Sequence record: NC_135729.1
Strand: one strand, 5' to 3'
DNA length: 64,000 bases
From: a phage
This document shows, one piece after another, positions 9,892 to 17,462 of this stretch; positions within the stretch are counted from its first letter, which is position 1, and every line of letters starts with the position of its first letter. The notes beneath the pieces are model-generated. The model made no database searches. It was not told the DNA's origin and was given only the letters and a program-made list of their open reading frames with translations. The position numbers and the translations under genes are program-made.

Positions 9892-9978
9892 TGGTGGGGA
9901 GTGGTGGAGTCGAACCACCCGAGTCGCAATGACAATAGATTTACAGTCTACACCGCTACCTCTACGGGATAACTCCCC
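9892..9978 (-). tRNA. tRNA-Tyr (anticodon GUA), type II
   Basis: Acceptor GGGGAGT/ACTCCCC; anticodon loop CTGTAAA; T-arm GGTGG-TTCGACT-CCACC; 87 nt; CCA encoded. Confidence 0.75.
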
Positions 9979-9982
9979 AATT

Positions 9983-10057
9983 TGGCACCCCGTACTGGAC
10001 TCGAACCAGTGTCAACGGCTTAGAAGGCCGCTGCTTTATCCACTAAGCTAACAGGGC
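9983..10057 (-). tRNA. tRNA-Arg (anticodon UCU)
   Basis: D-arm GCTT-AGTGGATA-AAGC; anticodon loop CTTCTAA; T-arm ACTGG-TTCGAGT-CCAGT; CCA encoded. Confidence 0.75.
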
Positions 10058-10153
10058 ACTGGGTGGCTTTCTTTTACACCTTAGCCGCCAGAAAAGGTGG
10101 GAGACCATGTTTACAATATTACACTGTTAAGCAAAGTTTGTCAAGAAAATATT

Positions 10154-10492
10154 TTAGCTATTGCTAACAGGCTGTATTTCTGTAGTAAATGGCATAAAAG
10201 GTGCTGGTTTTTCAGCCTCTTCCACTACCACCTCTTCCTCTTCACCAAACATCTCATCATATTCTTCCTGCATTCGGTCTGCCTTATCAAGAACATACTC
10301 TGCAATGCTTTGACGAATATTTTGTTTGGTTTTCGGGTCCAACATCAGCTCTCTTAAAACTTTGTGAGCTTCTGGAACCATCGCTATAAAAGATTCCTTC
10401 ATATCAAGGATGTTCTTCTCTAGCTGAATGGCGTTGGACTCCTCTTTCAGAGGTCTGCCTCTACGGCGACGCTTTTTAGTTGTATCCGCCAT
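10154..10492 (-). CDS. hypothetical protein with basic N-terminus and acidic C-terminus
   Basis: Start set at ATG 10492 with GGAGGAAACATG; KKRRRRGRPLK N-terminus; ATCACGTGAT palindrome sits at the start codon. Confidence 0.45.
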   Translation of the reverse strand: MADTTKKRRRRGRPLKEESNAIQLEKNILDMKESFIAMVPEAHKVLRELMLDPKTKQNIRQSIAEYVLDKADRMQEEYDEMFGEEEEVVVEEAEKPAPFMPFTTEIQPVSNS

Positions 10493-10826
10493 GTTTCCTC
10501 CATTATCACGTGATAGGTGGATTTTATCACAGCAAATACTGATTGTCAAGTTCGCCGCAGGGTGGTGTTCCCTGCGACTTGTCCAGCGTCCTGGACCAGC
10601 AAGTTTTCCAGCTATACCCATTACCGCGCTCAGGCTCGACCTTATTACAGGTTGGCTGGGGTCACATCGTCATGTGCTGGCTGCCCCTACCATTTTAAGT
10701 GTGGTGCACTATCAAGCCCTCTAAGGGGAACTCAGTCTTCTCCGAACCCTGTTTCAAAGCATCCGGAGATAAAGCCATCAAATTCATCTTTAAATTGGAT
10801 ATTCATCATGATACACGAAAACAACC

Positions 10827-11069
10827 TCATTGTAAAGCGCAAATAAATAAAACATACTTAATTTGTTTGTTATCAGGCTCAGGGTAGAAGTAGAAGATCT
10901 TGCTATCACCGATCTGAACACCACCATCCCAACAGCATAGCCCATAACCTGTATTCATACAAGCTAGGTCGTTGGCAAAATCTATTGCATCATCCAGTGC
11001 ACGAAATTCACCTTCATCTTCTAAATAATCCTCATTCATGGAACGAAAAACGAGCTTAACCTTAAACAT
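10827..11069 (-). CDS. hypothetical protein
   Basis: 80-aa ORF in the minus-strand operon. Confidence 0.35.
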   Translation of the reverse strand: MFKVKLVFRSMNEDYLEDEGEFRALDDAIDFANDLACMNTGYGLCCWDGGVQIGDSKIFYFYPEPDNKQIKYVLFICALQ

Positions 11070-11145
11070 AGCATTACCTGTAGACCTCGTAAGTTAAAAT
11101 TGCATCACATCATATTGCAGATCTTATCAGGTAACACTATTTTTG

Positions 11146-11355
11146 TCAACAGATTCCGGCCTTATCCTTCCTGTCTGCGTATTCTTTAATCGCAACCTCA
11201 TCTGCATTAGTGACCAGGTATTCAAAGTAACTCTCAAGCTCCTCGTCAATGTCAGGAGACCAGCTCTTTTTCCTGTCAGTGTGAATTGCAGACTTGTTGA
11301 ACTTATTACAGTTCTTTGCTACCGGGTTGTTCATTAAGCGCTCCTCAGCGTTCAT
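11146..11355 (-). CDS. hypothetical protein
   Basis: 69-aa ORF overlapping the upstream gene end by 11 nt. Confidence 0.35.
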   Translation of the reverse strand: MNAEERLMNNPVAKNCNKFNKSAIHTDRKKSWSPDIDEELESYFEYLVTNADEVAIKEYADRKDKAGIC

Positions 11356-11923
11356 AGTAAATTTTATTTAACATTACCTCATCCTTTGCAGAAAGGATAT
11401 CTAGATATGCATCACCGAATCTACCTGCAACAACCTCTGCATGATACATCACTTCGTTAATATCGTCAAGAGTGATAACTGGATGACCGTATCTCTCTGA
11501 GTATTGTCTCAGAGTGCGATGTAGGGAGTCATCATCATAGGCAGACTTTTTAATATCGCAAACACGACGAATAGCCTTGATGTCGAAAAACCCTGTACGA
11601 TACCAACCAAGAAAAAGGTTTCGTGCAGTGTCAACATCTACATCAATACCATTAAGAACCTTATCTACAAGATAGCTGTCATCCTTTGGACCAGCTTCCT
11701 TAGTGCGAATGTAGTTGCCATCTTTTCCAGGTGACATCTCCTTCTCATCACCAACCTGCATGCCATCATTTGGCGGTGTTAGCCACTTATCCGGATGCTT
11801 ACGATCACGAGCGTTAGAATGATTACGCTGGAAACCAGGCTTCCACTTGAAAGTTTTCTCCATCTGTTCTTCATTCTGATAACGTTTTGCAATCTTTTCA
11901 CGGTCATCTTTGCGTGAACCCAT
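11345..11923 (-). CDS. hypothetical protein
   Basis: 192-aa ORF with GAGGAGG Shine-Dalgarno before ATG. Confidence 0.45.
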   Translation of the reverse strand: MGSRKDDREKIAKRYQNEEQMEKTFKWKPGFQRNHSNARDRKHPDKWLTPPNDGMQVGDEKEMSPGKDGNYIRTKEAGPKDDSYLVDKVLNGIDVDVDTARNLFLGWYRTGFFDIKAIRRVCDIKKSAYDDDSLHRTLRQYSERYGHPVITLDDINEVMYHAEVVAGRFGDAYLDILSAKDEVMLNKIYYER

Positions 11924-12039
11924 AGCTGCCTCCTCTTCAAGTTATAGAAAAACTCACTGTATCACTTTGTAACGAGCTTTTCTATCAAACTGGTGCGATT
12001 GCATTACCTGGTATAGTTCATATAGCTGTGGAGCGATTT

Positions 12040-12290
12040 AGGGGCCTTCTTGTCAGTTTCCACACATAAACTTCATCCAAGCTCGCGCGGGAGACTCTCA
12101 ACCGACTCCTTACGGCGCTGGCAAGCTTTCGTCGGTGGTCCACATCAGTGCTCGGCCTTTGGCCTGCGCTATCGCTTCGCTCCCACACATGTTAACAGAC
12201 CTGCATGTATGCACTTCTGTTATTGTGTGCACCAAGGAGGCCCGGCATCTCGCCCCTCGTAGGCGAGTGCCAATGAAGGGCCGACACTAC
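12040..12290. other. GC-rich structured island (candidate ncRNA or DNA structural element)
   Basis: About 250 bp much more GC-rich than flanks; many local hairpins; distal segments GGGGCCTTCTTG and CAAGGAGGCCC are complementary; track ORF 12050-12262 has no RBS. Confidence 0.3.
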
Positions 12291-12426
12291 CTATAGTAAG
12301 TAATAATTTTAAAACATGGTACTTAGGATCTAGTATATTCTACATAAGTTAAGTATATGTACTTAGTACCATAAGTACTAGATCTTTTATTTTTTATTAT
12401 TTAGTTATTTTAGTTATATTCTTTAT

Positions 12427-12509
12427 GTGTCCGTATCACGGACAGTTAGTGTCCGTATTACGGGCAGATGTGTCCGCGTGACGGACAGTAGTGTCCGTAT
12501 CACGGGCAG
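12427..12509. repeat. four tandem 19-bp iterons with internal dyad (GTGTCCGTATCACGGACAG-like), about 21-bp spacing
   Basis: Units start at 12427, 12449, 12470, 12491; each holds the inverted repeat TGTCCGT..ACGGACA. Confidence 0.7.
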
Positions 12510-12583
12510 TTACTGACCTCTGTTCCAGAGCGAACATAAAACATACGAATCCTTATAGTACAGATATTTAAGTTTTTACTGGT

Positions 12584-12934
12584 CTAACCAGTTGTTGACA
12601 TTCGAATAACCTCTTCTGGTGGCAAAACTTTGGAAAATGTACATCTTTTACCTCTCCCTTGTGTGGATATTTCAACCACTCCTGCACATTCTAAAGTTTT
12701 AACGCACGCTGCTGCTTTTGTTTTCTTTATCCCAACATCTGCTGCAATTTTCCTTGTGCTTGGTGTGAAGCGTGAATTTCCTCCAAGCTTATACCAGTTG
12801 TGCAGGTAGCAGTATACGATCTTGTCATATAAGTCAAGAACAACAGCCTCCCCAGTTGTGTCATTCAAAACTTTTGACATAGACAGTATTTCAAGGGGGA
12901 CTTTAAGATATAGCAGCTTATCCCCATCTTTCAT
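12584..12934 (-). CDS. putative winged-helix DNA-binding protein
   Basis: 116 aa; helix-turn-helix-like segment STRKIAADVGIKKTKAAACVKTLECAGVV; lies next to the iteron array. Confidence 0.4.
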   Translation of the reverse strand: MKDGDKLLYLKVPLEILSMSKVLNDTTGEAVVLDLYDKIVYCYLHNWYKLGGNSRFTPSTRKIAADVGIKKTKAAACVKTLECAGVVEISTQGRGKRCTFSKVLPPEEVIRMSTTG

Positions 12935-12981
12935 ATCTCCTGATTCTCCTTGTGTGGCAATTTTCTTTAAAATAGCAGGGA

Positions 12982-13536
12982 TTACTCCCCGCTGTCAATA
13001 GCAAGACTCATTGCAATACGGTATGCCTCTTCTAATGGTAAGAGTCTCCCCCACACATCCCAACCGACATCAAACTGCCTGCCAAACAACTGCTGTGTGG
13101 TTCCGTGAGCATGACCGAACAGTTGGACTGATCCGTGAGGCTTTCTGTTCCACTTTGCAAACTGGTAATGGCTCATACAGATCAAATTCTTGTTGTGGCG
13201 AAGCTCGTAATAATCTACAACCTCATGACCGAACTCTTTCATAATTCTGACAGTCGTCCTTGTGTCATGGTTACCACGAACAAGAATAATATGTCCGTTC
13301 AACATATTTAGAACATCTGGGAGCAATTTGTTGATATTCTTATCATTAGTGCACGCAATATCTCCCAAGTGAAACACAGTGTCTGCAGGTGACACAACAG
13401 AGTTCCACTCGGCGATGATTCCCGCATTCATACTGTCAAGATTGTGATCATACTGAGATCTGTGTTTTTGACATGAATCAAACTCCATGACCCGCTGGTG
13501 GAGAAAGTGTGTGTCGCTTGTTACAAAGTATTTCAT
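12982..13536 (-). CDS. calcineurin-like metallophosphoesterase
   Basis: Motifs SDTHF, GDIACT, GNHD, HAHG; start set at ATG 13536 with GAGGAA. Confidence 0.6.
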   Translation of the reverse strand: MKYFVTSDTHFLHQRVMEFDSCQKHRSQYDHNLDSMNAGIIAEWNSVVSPADTVFHLGDIACTNDKNINKLLPDVLNMLNGHIILVRGNHDTRTTVRIMKEFGHEVVDYYELRHNKNLICMSHYQFAKWNRKPHGSVQLFGHAHGTTQQLFGRQFDVGWDVWGRLLPLEEAYRIAMSLAIDSGE

Positions 13537-13543
13537 ACATTCC

Positions 13544-13953
13544 TCATTTAAGTTTAATGCAGTTTTTAAGCTGGCGTTCCATACGATCCACAACCTTGTC
13601 TGGAACATCATGAATGCTTTTATTACCGTGGCGGTTTTCAACCACGATCACGGTATAACTATACCCGTGACTGATTGCCATGTCAACATATTCCTGCACA
13701 TGTTTTTCTTTTGTAAACGTATTACTTACCACGATACGGTCGTATCCCGTACGCATCATATCTTCTACGTTATCTTTGCACCATTTTGCTGCGAGTGTTA
13801 CTTTACTTGCATCCCAGTTGTAATTGCCGTCATCGTCATACCAGAACATGTCGTTCTCAAAATGTGGATACAGACCTTCTAAAGATAGCGCATTTGCCAG
13901 TGTTGATTTGCCAGACCCTGGCAGACCACGCACGATATATAGCATTTTAGACA
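13544..13953 (-). CDS. P-loop kinase (polynucleotide 5'-kinase-like)
   Basis: Walker A GLPGSGKST eight residues from N-terminus, as in the T4 Pnk kinase domain; start at ATG 13953 with GGAGG. Confidence 0.5.
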
Positions 13954-13982
13954 TAGCAACCCTCCGTTTTAATTTTAATGAT

Positions 13983-14011
13983 AGTATACCTAACTGTTTT
14001 GTTAATTTCAA
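13983..14011 (-). promoter_or_regulatory. sigma70-like promoter for the kinase/phosphoesterase operon
   Basis: TTGAAA - 17 nt - TATACT on minus strand. Confidence 0.5.
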
Positions 14012-14014
14012 GTG

Positions 14015-14045
14015 TTGACACTAGGTTATTTGTGTGGCATGATAG
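14015..14045 (+). promoter_or_regulatory. sigma70-like promoter heading the plus-strand block
   Basis: GTTGACA - 18 nt - ATGATA; the -35 context is shared by other plus-strand promoters. Confidence 0.45.
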
Positions 14046-14072
14046 ACTGACAAAATGACAAATGAGGAACGT

Positions 14073-14990
14073 ATGATGAAGTATTTTAATGCAGATGACC
14101 TAGTAGACAAAGGTCTTGTAACCAGTCGGTATTATCCAGATCTTGGATTAAAGATCTATAAATATGCCAGAAAAGTATTCTACAACAATCTGTGGCATTT
14201 GTCTCCGCGTTTACTGGAGTGCCGAGGTATTGTTGTTGGCAATGAGGGGAATGTTGTGGCATGGCCTTTCACAAAAGTATTCAACTTAGGAGAAAACTCC
14301 ACCAACCTACCGGACAGTAAACTTGTTACTGCGGTAGAGAAAAAGAACGGATTCCTCGGTGTGGTATCATCTCATAAAGGTGAACTATTGTTCTCAACAA
14401 CCGGGTCTCTTGATTCTCCATATTGTAACCTTGCAAAGGAAACCATCCAAGAGCAATGTGGTAATTTAGATCTTATCAAGAAGGTTATGGGCAATGAAAA
14501 CATGACATTCATGTTTGAAATTTGTCACCCTTCAGATCCGCATATTGTTCAGGAAGATCATGGCGCATATTTGATAGGTTGCAGATATAATGATTCTGGA
14601 ATAATGCTACCAGAAGCAGCTTTAGATGGGATTGCCAAATACCTTGGTGCAAAACGTCCTCACACTGTGCGTGAAATTCCGTTCAGCTATGCAAAAGAAT
14701 TAGCTGCAGAAACAAGAGGTGAAGGGTATATGATTCGTAAGCCTTACTACCCTTATGATCTGCAGCTGAAGATCAAGTCTCCATACTATCTGGCACGGAA
14801 GGCCGTAATGAGGGGTAAAGCTTGGAAGATTTGGGATGATGATATCTTTAAACGTGTTGACGAAGAGTTTTACGGCATGGTAAACTTCATTCGTAGCAAT
14901 TACACAGAGGATGTGTGGAACTGCCTCCTGGAGCAGGAACGCCGTGAGATACTTGATTACTATTTCCACAACGAGAACTATATGCAATGA
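14073..14990 (+). CDS. RNA ligase (Rnl1/Trl1-type nucleotidyltransferase)
   Basis: Motif I KKNG (KxNG), motif IV EGYMIRK, motif V LKIKS; start at ATG 14073 with GAGGAA. Confidence 0.55.
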   Translation: MMKYFNADDLVDKGLVTSRYYPDLGLKIYKYARKVFYNNLWHLSPRLLECRGIVVGNEGNVVAWPFTKVFNLGENSTNLPDSKLVTAVEKKNGFLGVVSSHKGELLFSTTGSLDSPYCNLAKETIQEQCGNLDLIKKVMGNENMTFMFEICHPSDPHIVQEDHGAYLIGCRYNDSGIMLPEAALDGIAKYLGAKRPHTVREIPFSYAKELAAETRGEGYMIRKPYYPYDLQLKIKSPYYLARKAVMRGKAWKIWDDDIFKRVDEEFYGMVNFIRSNYTEDVWNCLLEQERREILDYYFHNENYMQ

Positions 14991-15337
14991 AGAAGTTGAT
15001 TGTGTGGCTAGATGACTTAAGAGATCCGTCAAATTACGGGCTCCCAGACGCTGTTTGGCTGAAGAATTCCTCCGAGTTTATGGATTTTATTAACGATAAG
15101 GGAAAGCTCTACAGACGCGTTTCTGAGTGGCATATGGACAACGACCTAGGAGAAGTATTCGAAGGATACGATTGCCTATCCATGTTGGAGGAAAAATTTG
15201 TATTCGGTAAGCCTCCCGTGGTTGACAACGTGAAGATTTTCGTACATACTTCTAATCCATCAGCGGCTCGTAAATTCATGCTTGCAGCTGACTCGTTTAA
15301 AAAGTTTGGAATAGAGATTAAACAAAACATCTACTGA
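14987..15337 (+). CDS. hypothetical flavodoxin-fold (CheY-receiver/TIR-like) protein
   Basis: IVWLDD N-terminus, SEWHMDNDLGE and IFVHTSNP segments resemble receiver-domain landmarks; weak. Confidence 0.3.
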   Translation: MKKLIVWLDDLRDPSNYGLPDAVWLKNSSEFMDFINDKGKLYRRVSEWHMDNDLGEVFEGYDCLSMLEEKFVFGKPPVVDNVKIFVHTSNPSAARKFMLAADSFKKFGIEIKQNIY

Positions 15338-15345
15338 GGGCACTT

Positions 15346-16107
15346 ATGCGACGACTGATTATTATCTCCGGTGCTGGTTTGAGCGCTGAATCTGGTATTC
15401 CCACTTTCCGATCTGGTAGTACTGCAATGTGGGAGAATTTCAGCATAGATGAGGTGTGCAACATCCACACCTTCGCCAAGAACTACTATAAGGTGCATGA
15501 CTTTTACAATGCACGTCGTGTAGCTCTGGGCAGTGTTGATCCTAACCTTGCACATCTCCGGATCGCTGAGTGGTATTCCCGCTGGTCTGGTCGTGTGATC
15601 AACCTGACCACCAATGTAGATGATTTGCTGGAGCGTGCTGGTGTAAAACATGAAGATATTTTACATGTCCACGGGTATTTGCCTGAAATCACCTATGAAG
15701 ATACTGAAGGTAATGATGTAATTAAAAATATAGGGTACACGGAGGTAGATACAGGCAAGTATACCTGGGTTAAGCCCAATGTAGTGTTCTTCGGTGAGGT
15801 TGCTCCTAAGTATACAGACATGTATGACCTGTTGACATCTCTTACCAGCAATGATATGGTGATCCTGGTAGGTTGTTCTAACACAGTTATTAATTTTAAC
15901 TGGGAATTGTTTCCTGCTACTTGTAAAGGCACAAAACTGCTGATTGTAAACAAGTATGATTCGCAGAGTGCAGATGGAAGTGGCATTTCACGTAGCGACC
16001 TTTATCAATATGAGGATCGCGGGATCCCTGTATGGTTTAACGGTGCTGTTGACGCTTTCTCTGATAAAGCATTTATTGAAACTGTAGAAAACTTTATGGA
16101 ACTGTAA
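15346..16107 (+). CDS. Sir2-family NAD-dependent protein (zinc-ribbon-less sirtuin)
   Basis: GAGLSAESGIPTFRS NAD-binding motif, TTNVDDLLERAG, HVHG catalytic His; no Cys tetrad. Confidence 0.7.
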   Translation: MRRLIIISGAGLSAESGIPTFRSGSTAMWENFSIDEVCNIHTFAKNYYKVHDFYNARRVALGSVDPNLAHLRIAEWYSRWSGRVINLTTNVDDLLERAGVKHEDILHVHGYLPEITYEDTEGNDVIKNIGYTEVDTGKYTWVKPNVVFFGEVAPKYTDMYDLLTSLTSNDMVILVGCSNTVINFNWELFPATCKGTKLLIVNKYDSQSADGSGISRSDLYQYEDRGIPVWFNGAVDAFSDKAFIETVENFMEL

Positions 16108-16121
16108 GAGGTGACCTTTTA

Positions 16122-16835
16122 ATGCTAAATACTAAACTGATCGACAACCTGGAAAAACTGTCTCAGCCAGAAAACTACCTTTGGTCTGCCAGTTGGGTGG
16201 AAAATTGGAACCGTGTAGCAGCTAAAGTGAAAAAATCATACACACCATTCGAACTCCAGCTCAGTTTTATTGAAGAAGAGTTTAATGAGGTTCTTGAAGA
16301 GTTGGAGAAAGGTGATGGTGGAGATCACCTGCTAAAAGAGGCCTGTGATCTGCACGTTGTTACAAGTTATGCCGCTTATCTTGTCAACGATAACTACGAA
16401 AAGTGGACAAGTCTGTTTGATAATTCGCGAGATATTAAGTTTAAGATTGGGGAGTTCTATGATACACTGATCGCTGCTAAAAACACACCAAAGCAAAAAG
16501 CGTCTGCTTACCGACTAGCGGAGTTATCAACAGCTTTGCTGTTCCAGCTTAGCGGGGATGTGTGTGGGATGATGCGGAAGGTTCTCAAATCTAATGACAG
16601 TAAGTTTGCGCGGATCAACCATCTACGGCATTCACACGGTGCTAGTGCAGATATGCCTGCTGAACAACTCATAGAGTTGGAGATTAAAGATCTTGAGCGA
16701 CGCTTTGATGGTCGCTACGAAGGTTTTGTTGCTAAGGAAGAGTTCTACAACGGTAATAAAGTTATCATATTCCTTGACAGTAAAGGTAAGATCATGAAGC
16801 CTTCGAGCTTCAAGGATGTAACAGAGTATATTTGA
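16122..16835 (+). CDS. putative MazG-like NTP pyrophosphohydrolase domain protein
   Basis: EEEFNEVLEELEKGDGGDHLLKEACD resembles the EExxE...ExxD metal-binding helices; weak. Confidence 0.3.
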   Translation: MLNTKLIDNLEKLSQPENYLWSASWVENWNRVAAKVKKSYTPFELQLSFIEEEFNEVLEELEKGDGGDHLLKEACDLHVVTSYAAYLVNDNYEKWTSLFDNSRDIKFKIGEFYDTLIAAKNTPKQKASAYRLAELSTALLFQLSGDVCGMMRKVLKSNDSKFARINHLRHSHGASADMPAEQLIELEIKDLERRFDGRYEGFVAKEEFYNGNKVIIFLDSKGKIMKPSSFKDVTEYI

Positions 16836-16841
16836 CAACAT

Positions 16842-16868
16842 AGCCGGGTAATCCCGGCTTTACTTATT
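16842..16868 (+). terminator. putative rho-independent terminator
   Basis: AGCCGGG-taat-CCCGGCT stem followed by TTACTTATT. Confidence 0.4.
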
Positions 16869-16897
16869 ATGGAAAGTATGCAGCGAGGTAGTTAGTT

Positions 16898-17206
16898 ATG
16901 TACAAGCATTCCAGAGATCTTGAAAAAGATGCTGTGTTTGGCGACCAGATGAAGGAGCTGATCAAACTTATAGGTAGAATGGAAGATAAGTTTGACACTA
17001 AAATCTACATCGATAGCAAGATCTTCAACCACAAAATATGGACAAATGTGTGTGTTGGGCTACATGGTGATAAAGATATTGTAAATTTGGTTGTAATAAA
17101 GTTCATAGTGTGGCAGAATAAGACTATACGTTATTCCGATCCACACTTACTTGTTTATCCTATAAAAGACCTACTACAGAAGGAGGACTGCAATGCCGTT
17201 ATTTAA
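16898..17206 (+). CDS. hypothetical protein
   Basis: 102-aa ORF. Confidence 0.35.
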   Translation: MYKHSRDLEKDAVFGDQMKELIKLIGRMEDKFDTKIYIDSKIFNHKIWTNVCVGLHGDKDIVNLVVIKFIVWQNKTIRYSDPHLLVYPIKDLLQKEDCNAVI

Positions 17207-17462
17207 TCTTGCTAAACCTGTAGAAGCCCACCAGTTTGACGGAAGCTCTTCATCAGTATCTGATCTGCAACGGTGGATTGATACAGGTGTGTTTACATCG
17301 TCACCTGTTCGGACCAGAGATCTTCGTCGCATGTGTGAGCTTGTCGAGCCTTTTGGTAACCTTGTCTTGTACCAGGGAGATTGGCTAGTTGACTTTATGG
17401 GAGACTGGTTGGTAATGAGTAAAGAAGAGATGTTTAAAATTTTTAAGGAAGAGGCCGAGTAA
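17193..17462 (+). CDS. hypothetical protein
   Basis: 89-aa ORF; stop overlaps the ligase start. Confidence 0.35.
   Translation: MPLFNLAKPVEAHQFDGSSSSVSDLQRWIDTGVFTSSPVRTRDLRRMCELVEPFGNLVLYQGDWLVDFMGDWLVMSKEEMFKIFKEEAE

Noticed and set aside
12050-12262. Track ORF of 70 aa on the plus strand inside the GC-rich island
   Set aside because: No Shine-Dalgarno, Pro/Arg/Ser/Cys-rich composition typical of translating GC-rich non-coding DNA, and opposite in orientation to the flanking operon; treated as a structured non-coding element.
12427-12509. Possible CRISPR array suggested by regularly spaced direct repeats
   Set aside because: Units are 19 bp with only 2-3 bp between them, no spacer-length unique sequences, each unit is itself palindromic, and no cas genes are nearby; this is an iteron or operator array.
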